Part shown: positions 46,698 through 56,083 of the stretch, in pieces
Position numbering within the stretch: position 1 is the stretch's first letter
Layout of the letters: each line of letters starts with the position of its first letter
DNA from: an uncultured Acidobacteriota bacterium
GTDB taxonomy: Bacteria > Acidobacteriota > Thermoanaerobaculia > Multivoradales > UBA5704
Direction of reading: 5' to 3'
Assembly: GCA_963700145.1 (NCBI GenBank)
Contig: OY969474.1
Span: forward strand, 4,416,001 to 4,480,000
Length of the DNA stretch: 64,000 nt
The notes under the pieces: model-generated
The model's input: only the letters and a program-made list of their open reading frames with translations
Told to the model about the DNA's origin: nothing
Databases searched by the model: none
Translations under genes and position numbers: made by a program

Positions 46698-46805
46698 GCA
46701 GTCGAGGCTAGCAGGTCGCCGCTCGCCGCGAGCCGGCGAGTAACCTGTACCGGCCGCCGACGTATCTCTCGGCAGCCGCCAACCTTTCGACCGAGGAGGC
46801 CGACC

Positions 46806-48608
46806 GTGCCCGAGTCCCGCCGTTCGCCGCTGGCGATCCTGCTCTCCCTTACCTTGACGCTCCTTGCCGTCCCGGCCTGCGCGGCGCCGCCGCCGCCGCC
46901 GGCGCCCGCGGCGGGCGACGCCGCGTTCGTCGCCGAGACCCGGGAGTACCTCGGGCGGCTCGCCAAGCTCGGGTTCGCCGGCGTCGTCCTGGTGGCGCGC
47001 AACGGCGCGCCGCTGCTGGCCGAGGGGTACGGGCTGGCGGACCGGGAGCGCGGGATTCCCTGGGGCCCGGGGACGGTCTCCGACATCGGCTCGATCACCA
47101 AGCAGTTCACCGCCGCCGCCATCCTCTCGCTCGCCGAGGAGGGCCGCCTGCGGGTGACCGACCCGCTCACCGCCCACTTCGAGGGCGTGCCGGAGGACAA
47201 GCGCGCCATCACCCTGCACCAGCTCCTCACCCACTCCTCGGGCATCGTGGACCTCGCCGGCGAGGGCGACTGGGACCCGATCCTGCGCGACGAGTTCGTG
47301 CGGCGCATCTTCGCCCAGCCGCTCGCCTTCCCGCCCGGCGGCGGGTACGAGTACTCGAACGCCGGCTACAGCCTGCTCGGCGCCATCATCGAGCGCCTGA
47401 GCGGCGGCTCGTACGAGCGCTTCGTGCGCGAGCGGCTCTTCCTGCCGCACGGGCTCTACGAGACCGGGTACGTGCTCGCCGGCTGGGGCGACAGGCGGAT
47501 GGCGCAGGGCTACGAGGGCGCGGAGAAGTGGGGCACGACCCTCGACCGCCCGCTCGCCGAGGACGGCCCGTTCTGGGTGCTGCGCGCCAACGGCGGCATC
47601 CACACGACGGCCTACGACATGCTGCGCTGGGCCGAGGCGCTGCTCGCCGGGCGCGTGCTCTCGGCCGCCTCGCGCGAGCAGCTGTGGACGCCGCACGTCG
47701 CGGAGGAGCAGGGCGGCGACAGCTTCTACGGCTACGGCTGGGCGGTGCAGGACGTCGAGGGCTTCCGCGTCGTCACCCACAACGGCGGCAACGGCGTCTT
47801 CTTCGCCGACCTGGCGCTGGTGCCGGACGCCGGGATCGTCGTCTTCCTCCAGACCAACGTCCTCGCCGGCAACCGGTACGTGCAGCAGCTCCTCGGCCGC
47901 ATCGGCTTCCGGCTGGCGGCGGGGCGGCCCTACCCGGAGGTCCCCAACGTCGTACCGGCCGACCCCGCGCGCCTCGCTGAGCTGGCGGGCGACTGGGCGC
48001 TGGCGGAGGGCGGCCGCCTGCGCGCCACGGCGGAGGCCGACGCCCTCCTGCTCGAGCCGCTCGACGCGCCGGCCTTCGCCCGTCTACTCTCGATCCCGCC
48101 GCAGGACGCCGCCGACCGGGCGCTCGGCGCCGAGCGCAACCGCCGGCTGGACGAAGCGGTGCCCGCCCTGCTGGCGGGCGACGCGGCGCCGCTCCACCGC
48201 CTCTACGGCGCGGGCGCCGACGTCACCCTGGAGCGGCTGAGCGCGGTGTGGGCCGAACGGCTCGCGGCCTTCGCCGAGCGCCGCGGCGCCGCCCGCGGCG
48301 CGGAGGTGCTGGGGACGGCGCGCCGCGAGGACCGCCACTTCACCGTCGTCCGCTTCCGCTTCGCGCGCGGCGTCGAGGACGTCGCCTTCGTCTGGCAGGG
48401 CGAGCCGCAGGGGCGCCTCCTGGGGATCTCGATCGGCGGCCTCGAGCCGCGCCTGCGCTTCCGCGGCGAGGCGGCCGGCGGCTACGCCGCGTGGGACCCG
48501 CGCTCCGGCGCCACCGTGCCGCTGCGCGTCGAGGGCGCCGGCCCCGCGGCGCGCCTCCTCATCGGCGAGGGCGACCGGGCGGCCGCCGCGACGCGGGCCG
48601 CGCAATGA
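46806..48608 (+). CDS. Serine hydrolase, beta-lactamase class C-like, exported
   Basis: GSITK (SxxK), LLTHSSG, YSNAGY, HNGG; GAGGAGG RBS before GTG 46806. Confidence 0.9.
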   Translation: MPESRRSPLAILLSLTLTLLAVPACAAPPPPPAPAAGDAAFVAETREYLGRLAKLGFAGVVLVARNGAPLLAEGYGLADRERGIPWGPGTVSDIGSITKQFTAAAILSLAEEGRLRVTDPLTAHFEGVPEDKRAITLHQLLTHSSGIVDLAGEGDWDPILRDEFVRRIFAQPLAFPPGGGYEYSNAGYSLLGAIIERLSGGSYERFVRERLFLPHGLYETGYVLAGWGDRRMAQGYEGAEKWGTTLDRPLAEDGPFWVLRANGGIHTTAYDMLRWAEALLAGRVLSAASREQLWTPHVAEEQGGDSFYGYGWAVQDVEGFRVVTHNGGNGVFFADLALVPDAGIVVFLQTNVLAGNRYVQQLLGRIGFRLAAGRPYPEVPNVVPADPARLAELAGDWALAEGGRLRATAEADALLLEPLDAPAFARLLSIPPQDAADRALGAERNRRLDEAVPALLAGDAAPLHRLYGAGADVTLERLSAVWAERLAAFAERRGAARGAEVLGTARREDRHFTVVRFRFARGVEDVAFVWQGEPQGRLLGISIGGLEPRLRFRGEAAGGYAAWDPRSGATVPLRVEGAGPAARLLIGEGDRAAAATRAAQ

Positions 48609-48640
48609 AAAACGCCCCCGGGGAGGGCTCCCCGGGGGCG
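48608..48640 (-). terminator. Intrinsic terminator between convergent genes
   Basis: Stem CGCCCCCGGGGAG/CTCCCCGGGGGCG with an A5 run on the left (T run on the minus strand). Confidence 0.75.
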
Positions 48641-48666
48641 CGATGCTGCGGCGCGAGGGCCTCGGT

Positions 48667-51033
48667 CTAGAGGCTCAGCTTCCAGGTGCCGCGGCCGAGG
48701 GTGCCGGCCACCAGGACGTTGTTCTCTGCGTCGTAGTCCAGGTCGAAGATCGGCACGTTCGGCATACCGGTCCCAAGGGGCGACCAGACGTCGAACCCGT
48801 CGGCCTCGTACGACACGTAGATGCCGTTGAACGTGCTCACCACCAGGGCGTCGTTCGACCCGCGGGGGATGTACTCGATCCCGCGCAAGGCGATGGGTGC
48901 GAACGACTGGATGTTGCCCGAGACGTCGGTCCACGTCGTCCCGCCGTCGAGCGTCTGGAAGACCTGGGTCGTGTTGGTCAGGTAGATGGCGCCCGCGTTC
49001 GCCGGGTCGATGACGATGTCGCGGATCGTTCTCCCCACGGTGCGCGGATAGCTGAGGACCTCGGTCAGGGGAGCCGGATGAGCGGCGGTGCGGATGAAGA
49101 GACGGTCTTGAGCGGTTCCGGGCGGAGAGCCCGCGCCCACCACCAGCAGGTCCGGATTGCCCAGCCCGCCATAGGAGACCGCGTCGACGCCGTTACCGTT
49201 GATTTGGATCGGTGCGAGGAACCGGATGGTGTCCCCCTGGTCGAGCGACTCGTAGACCCCGTTGGCGCCGCCGAACACGATCCGCGTCGGCGTAATCGCA
49301 TTGAGCTCCACCGGCGTCGTGAACTGCCCCACGAACGCCGGGCCGCCCCCGACGACCGTGAGGTTCGGGAAGACGAACGCCACGAGGTCGTTGGTCGCAT
49401 CCCAGAAGCTGCGGAGGAACGCCTGCAGGCCCTGGGCGCTGTCGTAGCGGATCGACTGGCCGGGGGCCGCCGTCACGTTGTCGACCGCGGTGTCGCCGCC
49501 GTCACCGGAGAGCAGCACGAACCAGTCGGTGCTGTCCTCGGAGTCCTGGTGCGGGTCGTCGTTGTCCTGCGTGCCGACGAAGCCGACGTCGGCCAGGGTG
49601 TCGAAGGAGTTGTCGTGCACCTCCGTCACCTGCAGGTCGCCGACGATCGTGAACCAGTTGCCGGCCGCGGTGGCCGGGCTGGTGCGCCGGTAGACGCCGC
49701 CGTCGTCGGTCTCGATGATGTTGCCATTGGCGTCGAAGGTCATCTCCCGCGAGTCGGCGTGCGGCGAGCTGTTCGAGGCGGTGCCGACGTGGGTGAGCGG
49801 CGTGCACTGGCTGCCCGGTGCCAGCGACGCGTCGCAGCGGAACAGGCGGCCCGAGAAGTTCTGGGCGCCGATCGTGTTGGGGAACTGCGGCGGGAACGAC
49901 AGGCCCTCCTCGAGGCGGAACGGCTGCCGGTCGCCGCCGAGGTAGACGAGGTTGTGGTTGGTCCGGTCGGCGAGGATCGACAGGTGGATCGAGCCCTGCG
50001 CGCCGGGATGGATGCCGACGTTGTTGGGGCCGGTCCGCGGAAGGTCCATGGCGGTCCAGGTGGTGCCGCCGTCGCCGGAGCGGAAGAGCCCCGCCAGGCG
50101 TCCGGGGTTGACGATCGCGCAGTAGACGTTGTTGTTCAAGCCCGCCGAGAACTCGGTGTTGCTCGCCGAGTTGGTGAGCACGGCGTCCATCGCCGCGTTG
50201 CTGACCTTGGCCCAGGTGGCGCCGGTGTCGAGGCTGCGGTAGACGCCGTTCGTCCCGCCGACGAGGTTGGCGAAGGTGACGCTGGTGAAGAGCCGCGCCG
50301 GGTTGGTGGAATCGACCACCAAGTCGTGCGTGACGCCGCCGGGAAGTCCCGTCGCCGTGCCGTTGCCGTTGGAGATTTGGGTGAAGGTGGCGCCGCCGTT
50401 GGTGCTGCGCCAGATCCCGAGGCTCGTGACCAGGTTGGGTTCGGCCTCGTTGACCGAGACGACGATCGTGTTGCCCTGCGCCACCAGGCCCGAGATGTTC
50501 TTGAGCAGGAGGACGCCGCCGCCGGTGACCGACGTCCAGCTCGAGCCGCCGTCCGTCGTCTTGTACAGCCCGACCCGGTTGCCGCCCAGGCGGCCGAACG
50601 AGCTGTAGCGGCCGACGCCGGCCCAGATCGTGTTCGACGTCGCGTCCGTGGTGTCGAACGCCATGGCGCCGATCGCCGAGGTCGCCAGCGTGTCGGTGAG
50701 CGGCAGCCAGTTCGGATTGTTGGACTGGGCGTTCGTCGTCTTCCAGATGCCGCCGTTGACGGCACCGATGTAGAGGATCCTGTGATCCGTGGGATGCGCG
50801 AGAACGGTGTGGATGGCCCCCACGATCTTGTTGTTCGGATTCGCGTTTTCGGACTGGCCCTTGACCGCCGGACCGGGGCCCTGCGCCGTCCACGCAATGG
50901 GGCCGATCGGCGGTTGGCCGGAGGCGGCGATGGGCAGCGCCAGCGCCACGGTGACGGCGAAGAGAGCGCACAAACCGGTGACCGCCCGCAGGCGGCCGCC
51001 CGGGAACTCGAAGCGCGAGGTACTCCTCAGCAT
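48667..51033 (-). CDS. Secreted BNR/Asp-box beta-propeller protein (GH74/VPS10-like)
   Basis: Repeated SxDGGxxW boxes, GAVNGGIWKT, HADSR, AGTLGRGTWK; start re-called at ATG 51033. Confidence 0.85.
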   Translation of the reverse strand: MLRSTSRFEFPGGRLRAVTGLCALFAVTVALALPIAASGQPPIGPIAWTAQGPGPAVKGQSENANPNNKIVGAIHTVLAHPTDHRILYIGAVNGGIWKTTNAQSNNPNWLPLTDTLATSAIGAMAFDTTDATSNTIWAGVGRYSSFGRLGGNRVGLYKTTDGGSSWTSVTGGGVLLLKNISGLVAQGNTIVVSVNEAEPNLVTSLGIWRSTNGGATFTQISNGNGTATGLPGGVTHDLVVDSTNPARLFTSVTFANLVGGTNGVYRSLDTGATWAKVSNAAMDAVLTNSASNTEFSAGLNNNVYCAIVNPGRLAGLFRSGDGGTTWTAMDLPRTGPNNVGIHPGAQGSIHLSILADRTNHNLVYLGGDRQPFRLEEGLSFPPQFPNTIGAQNFSGRLFRCDASLAPGSQCTPLTHVGTASNSSPHADSREMTFDANGNIIETDDGGVYRRTSPATAAGNWFTIVGDLQVTEVHDNSFDTLADVGFVGTQDNDDPHQDSEDSTDWFVLLSGDGGDTAVDNVTAAPGQSIRYDSAQGLQAFLRSFWDATNDLVAFVFPNLTVVGGGPAFVGQFTTPVELNAITPTRIVFGGANGVYESLDQGDTIRFLAPIQINGNGVDAVSYGGLGNPDLLVVGAGSPPGTAQDRLFIRTAAHPAPLTEVLSYPRTVGRTIRDIVIDPANAGAIYLTNTTQVFQTLDGGTTWTDVSGNIQSFAPIALRGIEYIPRGSNDALVVSTFNGIYVSYEADGFDVWSPLGTGMPNVPIFDLDYDAENNVLVAGTLGRGTWKLSL

Positions 51034-51285
51034 GTGCCGTTTCCTTTCTTGTGCATGACGCCCTCGCGGGCATCGTCTACGAAAGGCAACGGCGACTGTC
51101 GAACGCGGCGCGACGCTGGCGATCCAGAGGCTCCTGATCGGTCCCCCGGGTGCGCGCCACCCGGGACGGGCGGAGGGCCTCTCCTCTTGCACTCTGAAGC
51201 CCGTGGAGATTACCATGAGCGAAGCGACGGCGACGACACAGCGAGAGGCGCTGGCAAGGAAGCAACAAAGCAACAAGGAGTCCAC

Positions 51286-52323
51286 GTGAACCAAGCCAAG
51301 CGGTGGCCACACCGGCCGTATCGGAGTCGGTGTGTCCCTTCGTTCGTCCTTCTGTCCCTCCTCGCAATCCTCCTCCTGCCGGGCGCCGCGTTGGGTCAGG
51401 CTAAGTCGTTGCGCTCGGCCGACGGCGCCGCGCTGCTCGAAGGCGTGGTGGTGTCGCCGCGGCACGGCCTCGCGTACGTGATGCGGCCCGGCGGCGGCAT
51501 CGACGCGGTCGATCTCGCCAGCGGCAAGGTGCGCTGGCGCAGCGACCTCGCGGCCAAGCCCGTGGCGCTTGCCGACGACCGGCTCCTCGCGCAGGCCGAG
51601 GGCCGCGGCAACGCCCTCGACCTCGTCGTCCTCGACGCGCGCAACGGCGCCTCCCGCAACAACGTGCGCATGGCGCTCCCGGCCGGCGTTGCCGCTTCCG
51701 TCGTCGACACGCCCGCGGGCTCGTTCCGCGTCCAGGCCGCGCGCGAGGCTTCCGGTCTCGTGGTGCGCTGGGAATCCGTGGGCGCGGCCGGCAAGATGCC
51801 GGCGCAGGGCTACCTCCCCGCCGTCAACGAAGCGGAGGCGCCGGGAGCTTCCCTCGCCGTCGTCACCGGCGCGGCGGTCCTCGACCTGACGGCGCCCTCG
51901 ATGCGCATGCAGGCCCAGCCGTCGGTCGTGACCGGGACGTCCCCGACGCTCAAACGCGCCAGCCTCGAAGAGCTGCGCGCGGAGACGGGCGCCGGGCGGC
52001 AGTTCCTCTCCGCCGACGGCCGCCACTACCTGGTCACCGAGCCGGTCAAGTCGGCCGAGTTCACCCTCTACAAGCACCGCTGGACGGTGTACGAGCGCGC
52101 CGGTGGCGCCCGGCTCGGCTCGGTGCCGGCGCTGGCCGCCGCGACGCCGTTCCTGGTCGTGGGCGAGACGCTCTACCACACGGCCCCGGCCCACGTCATG
52201 GTCAAGGAGGGCAAGCTCGTCGAGCACGCGACGTCCCTCCGCGCCGTGAACCTGGCGACGGGCGCCGAGAAGTGGACCACGGCGGTTCGCGAGACGTCGT
52301 TCCGCGGGCCGTTCCCTCCGTAG
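51286..52323 (+). CDS. Exported PQQ-like beta-propeller protein
   Basis: AVDLASGKVRW and AVNLATGAEKW repeats; AAGGAG RBS before GTG 51286. Confidence 0.72.
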   Translation: MNQAKRWPHRPYRSRCVPSFVLLSLLAILLLPGAALGQAKSLRSADGAALLEGVVVSPRHGLAYVMRPGGGIDAVDLASGKVRWRSDLAAKPVALADDRLLAQAEGRGNALDLVVLDARNGASRNNVRMALPAGVAASVVDTPAGSFRVQAAREASGLVVRWESVGAAGKMPAQGYLPAVNEAEAPGASLAVVTGAAVLDLTAPSMRMQAQPSVVTGTSPTLKRASLEELRAETGAGRQFLSADGRHYLVTEPVKSAEFTLYKHRWTVYERAGGARLGSVPALAAATPFLVVGETLYHTAPAHVMVKEGKLVEHATSLRAVNLATGAEKWTTAVRETSFRGPFPP

Positions 52324-52386
52324 CCTGAATTCAGCAGAGCGCGGGGCGCGTCGCGACGAGCGGCGCGCCCCGTCGCTCCGCGGCCC

Positions 52387-52734
52387 GTGCCGACCGATCC
52401 CGACCGCTACGCCCGCATCTACGCCGTCGTCCGCCAGGTCCCCGAGGGCCGCGTCGCGACCTACGGTCAGATCGCGGCGCTGGCGGGGCTCGCCGGCCAC
52501 GCCCGCCAGGTCGGCTACGCCCTGCACGCCCTCCCCGACGGCGCCGACGTGCCCTGGCAGCGGGTGATCAACGCCCGCGGCGAGGTCAGCCCGCGCTCGA
52601 GCGGCGGTTGGGCGGCAGGCCTGCAGCGGCACTTGCTCGAAGAGGAGGGCGTCGCCTTCGACGCCCGCGGCCGCGTCGACCTCGCGCGCTGCCGCTGGGA
52701 GCCGGACGAGCGGCCCACGCGCCGCAGGCGCTGA
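52387..52734 (+). CDS. Alkyltransferase-like (ATL/MGMT-family) DNA-binding protein
   Basis: VPEGRVATYGQIA, ARQVG, VPWQRV with Trp in place of the catalytic Cys. Confidence 0.9.
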   Translation: MPTDPDRYARIYAVVRQVPEGRVATYGQIAALAGLAGHARQVGYALHALPDGADVPWQRVINARGEVSPRSSGGWAAGLQRHLLEEEGVAFDARGRVDLARCRWEPDERPTRRRR

Positions 52735-52813
52735 AAACGCGCGCGGGGCTTGTAGGATCCGCGGCGATTAGAGCCCGGCGCGAAAGCCTTCGCGCCTAGG
52801 AGGACCCCCCGCG

Positions 52814-55800
52814 ATGACCAGTTTCCGCCGCGTCTCGACGCTGCTTGCCCTTGCCGTCTGCTTCGCCGCCGCCGCGCTCGCCGAGCCGACGCCGCCGGCG
52901 CTCGTCGCCGAGAGGGAGGCCGAGCCGGACAAGGGCCCCCTCCACGGTCTCGAGTACCGGCTGCTGGGGCCGGCGATCGGCGGCCGCGTGTCGCGTGTGG
53001 CCGGCGTGCCCGGCGACCCCTCGACCTGGTTCGCGGCCACCGCGGCCGGCGGCGTCTGGCGCTCGACGAACGGCGGCCACCAATGGCAGCCGGTGTTCGA
53101 CGACCAGCCGGTGTCGTCGATGGGCTCGATCGCCGTCGCGCCGTCCGACCCCAACGTCCTCTACGCCGGCGCCGGCGAGGCCAACATCCGCGGCAACGTC
53201 GGCAAGGGCGACGGCATCTACAAGTCGACCGACCGCGGCAAGAGCTGGCGCAAGGTGCTGGCGCTCGACGGCCAGATCGGGACGATGGCCGTCGATCCGC
53301 GCGACGCCGACGTCGCCTTCGCGGCGGTCCTCGGCAGCCCCTTCGGCCCCGGGCGCCAGCGCGGCGTCTTCCGCACCACCGACGGCGGCGCCAGCTGGCG
53401 CAACGTCCTTTTCGTCGACGAGAAGACCGGCGCCTCCGACGTCACCCTCGACCCGACGAACCCGCGCACCGTCTTCGCCGGCTTCTGGCAGACCCGGCGC
53501 TACCCCTGGAAGCTCGAGAGCGGCGGCCCCGGCAGCGGCTTGTGGGTCTCGCGCGACGGCGGCGACAGGTGGAAGCGGCTCACCGGCGGCGGCCTGCCCG
53601 AAGGGATCTGGGGCAAGGTCGGCGTGCGCGTCGCGCCCTCCGATCCGCGGCGGGTCTACGCCCTGATCGAGGCCGAGAGCGGCGGCCTCTTCCGCTCCGA
53701 CGACGGCGGCGAGAGCTGGACGCTGGCCAACTCCTCGCGCGGCCTGCGCCAGCGCGCCTGGTACTACACCTGCCTGACCGTCGATCCCAAGAACCCCGAC
53801 GTCGTCTGGTTCCCCGAGGTGTCGATGCTCAAGACGGTGGACGGCGGCAGCCAGATTCGCGCGGTCAAGGGCGGCGGCTGGGACTTCCACGACGTCTGGA
53901 TCGACCCGCTCGAGCCGCGGCGGATGATCGCCGGCAGCGACGCCGGGGTGTCGCTGTCGAGCGATGGCGGCGAGACCTGGTTCGTCCCGTCGATCCCGAT
54001 CGCCCAGCTCTACCACATCACGACCGACACCCGCGTGCCCTACCGCGTCCTCGGCGCGGTGCAGGACTGGGGGACGGTGTCGGGGCCGAGCAACAGCCTG
54101 CACGGCGGCGGCGTGCTGCTCTCCGATTGGCACGGCGTCGGCGGCGGCGAGGCGGGGCACGTGGCGGCCGATCCCTCCGACCCGCAGGTGGTGTGGGCCG
54201 GCGAGTACCTCGGCTTCATCTCGCGCTACGACGAGCGCACCGGCATCGCGCCGGCGGTCGGCATCTACCCCGACAACGGCAGCGGCCGCCCCGCCGCCGA
54301 CCTCCGCTACCGCTTCCAGTGGACGGCGCCGATCCTCGTCTCGCCGCACGACCCGAAGACCGTCTATCACGCCGGCAACGTCCTCTTCCGCACCACCGAC
54401 GGCGGCCAGCACTGGCAGGCGATCAGCCCCGACCTGACGCGCGACGACCCCGAGAAGCAGCAGTGGTCGGGCGGCCCGATCACCGGCGACATCACCGGCG
54501 TCGAGTTCTACGACACCATCTTCGCCGTCGCCGAGTCGCCGCTCGCGAAGGGCCTCCTCTGGGCGGGGAGCGACGACGGCCTGGTGCACGTCAGCCGCGA
54601 CGGCGGCGCCAACTGGACCAAGGTGACGCCGCCGGGGATGCCGGAGTGGGCGACGGTGGCGGGGATCGAGGCGTCGCGCTGGGACGCCGGCACCGCCTAC
54701 GTCGTCGCCGACAACCACCGCCTCGACGATTCCCGCCCCTACCTCTGGGTGACCACCGACTACGGCGCGAGCTGGCGCCCGCTGACGCGCGGGCTCGACC
54801 CCGGCGTCTACCTCCACGTCGTGCGCGAGGACACGGCGCGCCGCGGCATGCTCTACCTGGGCACCGAGCGCGGCGTCGCGGTGTCGCGCGACGGCGGCGC
54901 GAGCTGGCAGCCGCTCAAGCTCAACCTACCGACGGTGGCGGTCCACGACCTGGTGGTCAAGGGCGACGACCTCGTCGTCGGCACCACCGGCCGCTCGATC
55001 TGGGTCCTCGACGACCTGACGCCGGTGCGCGAGTGGACCGACGCCGTCGCCAAGGGCGCCGTCCACCTCTTCCCGCCGCGCCCGGCGACCGCCTGGCGCA
55101 TCGCCGACGCGCCCTTCGGCAGTGACGCTGGCGGCGCCTCGAACCCGCCATTCGGCGCCGTCGTCACCTACTGGCTCAAGGAGAAGCCGAAGGCGCCGCT
55201 CAAGCTGGAAGTCCTCGACGCCGGCGGCGCGGTCGTCCGCACCCTGACCAGCGAGGTCGAGACGCCGCCGATCGGCCCCGACCACCCCGACTGGGACCCC
55301 GACTCCAAGCTCGAGGCGGCGCTCTCGGCCGAGCCGGGGATCCACCGCGCGGTCTGGGATTTGGCGCTCGAAGGGGCGCCCTACATCCCCAAGGCGATGG
55401 TCGACACCGGCGACCCGCACGACGGACCGCAGGCGCTGCCGGGGAGCTACACCCTGCGCTTGACCGCCGACGGCACGACGCTCGAGCAGCCGCTGCGCGT
55501 CGAGCCCGACCCGCGGCTCGGCGTCTCCGCCGCCGACCGGGAGGCGCAGCTCGCCTTCCTGCTCGGCCTGCGCGAGCGCATGGCCGAGATCGCCCGCAGG
55601 GTCGAGACCATCCGCAGCGTGCGCGGCCAGCTCGAGGCCCGCGCCGCGCTCCTCGCCGGCGACGCCCGCAACTCCGACCTCGTCGAGCTCGGCAAGCAGG
55701 TCGTCACGAAGCTCACGGCGATCGAAGGGAAGCTCCACAACCCGACCGCCGAGGTGACCTACGACATCCTGGCCGGCCGCGACGGCGGCGCCCAGCTCCA

Positions 55801-56011
55801 CTCCCGCTACTCCTGGCTGAACTGGGGCTCGAATGACCACCCCGGCCCGCCCACGCAAGGCATGCTGGAGGTCAAGGCGACGCTCGACGAGGAGCTGGCG
55901 GCGCAGCGCAAAGCGCTCGACGAGCTGACGGCCGGCGACCTGGCGCGGCTGCAGGCGCTCGCAGCGGAGCGGGGGCTGGGGTACCTGGTCGGGGCGAACC
56001 CCCCAGGCTGA
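52814..56011 (+). CDS. Large VPS10/BNR-repeat glycosyl-hydrolase-like protein
   Basis: LGPAIGGRV, many SxDGGxxW boxes, YRFQWTAPI, GRSIWVLDDL, C-terminal helical bundle. Confidence 0.88.
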   Translation: MTSFRRVSTLLALAVCFAAAALAEPTPPALVAEREAEPDKGPLHGLEYRLLGPAIGGRVSRVAGVPGDPSTWFAATAAGGVWRSTNGGHQWQPVFDDQPVSSMGSIAVAPSDPNVLYAGAGEANIRGNVGKGDGIYKSTDRGKSWRKVLALDGQIGTMAVDPRDADVAFAAVLGSPFGPGRQRGVFRTTDGGASWRNVLFVDEKTGASDVTLDPTNPRTVFAGFWQTRRYPWKLESGGPGSGLWVSRDGGDRWKRLTGGGLPEGIWGKVGVRVAPSDPRRVYALIEAESGGLFRSDDGGESWTLANSSRGLRQRAWYYTCLTVDPKNPDVVWFPEVSMLKTVDGGSQIRAVKGGGWDFHDVWIDPLEPRRMIAGSDAGVSLSSDGGETWFVPSIPIAQLYHITTDTRVPYRVLGAVQDWGTVSGPSNSLHGGGVLLSDWHGVGGGEAGHVAADPSDPQVVWAGEYLGFISRYDERTGIAPAVGIYPDNGSGRPAADLRYRFQWTAPILVSPHDPKTVYHAGNVLFRTTDGGQHWQAISPDLTRDDPEKQQWSGGPITGDITGVEFYDTIFAVAESPLAKGLLWAGSDDGLVHVSRDGGANWTKVTPPGMPEWATVAGIEASRWDAGTAYVVADNHRLDDSRPYLWVTTDYGASWRPLTRGLDPGVYLHVVREDTARRGMLYLGTERGVAVSRDGGASWQPLKLNLPTVAVHDLVVKGDDLVVGTTGRSIWVLDDLTPVREWTDAVAKGAVHLFPPRPATAWRIADAPFGSDAGGASNPPFGAVVTYWLKEKPKAPLKLEVLDAGGAVVRTLTSEVETPPIGPDHPDWDPDSKLEAALSAEPGIHRAVWDLALEGAPYIPKAMVDTGDPHDGPQALPGSYTLRLTADGTTLEQPLRVEPDPRLGVSAADREAQLAFLLGLRERMAEIARRVETIRSVRGQLEARAALLAGDARNSDLVELGKQVVTKLTAIEGKLHNPTAEVTYDILAGRDGGAQLHSRYSWLNWGSNDHPGPPTQGMLEVKATLDEELAAQRKALDELTAGDLARLQALAAERGLGYLVGANPPG

Positions 56012-56083
56012 GGCTCAAGCGCCCGGGCGGCAGGTGATTGCGCGTGCGACGCAGCAGGGCGATTCGCTCGGTCCCCGTAACCC

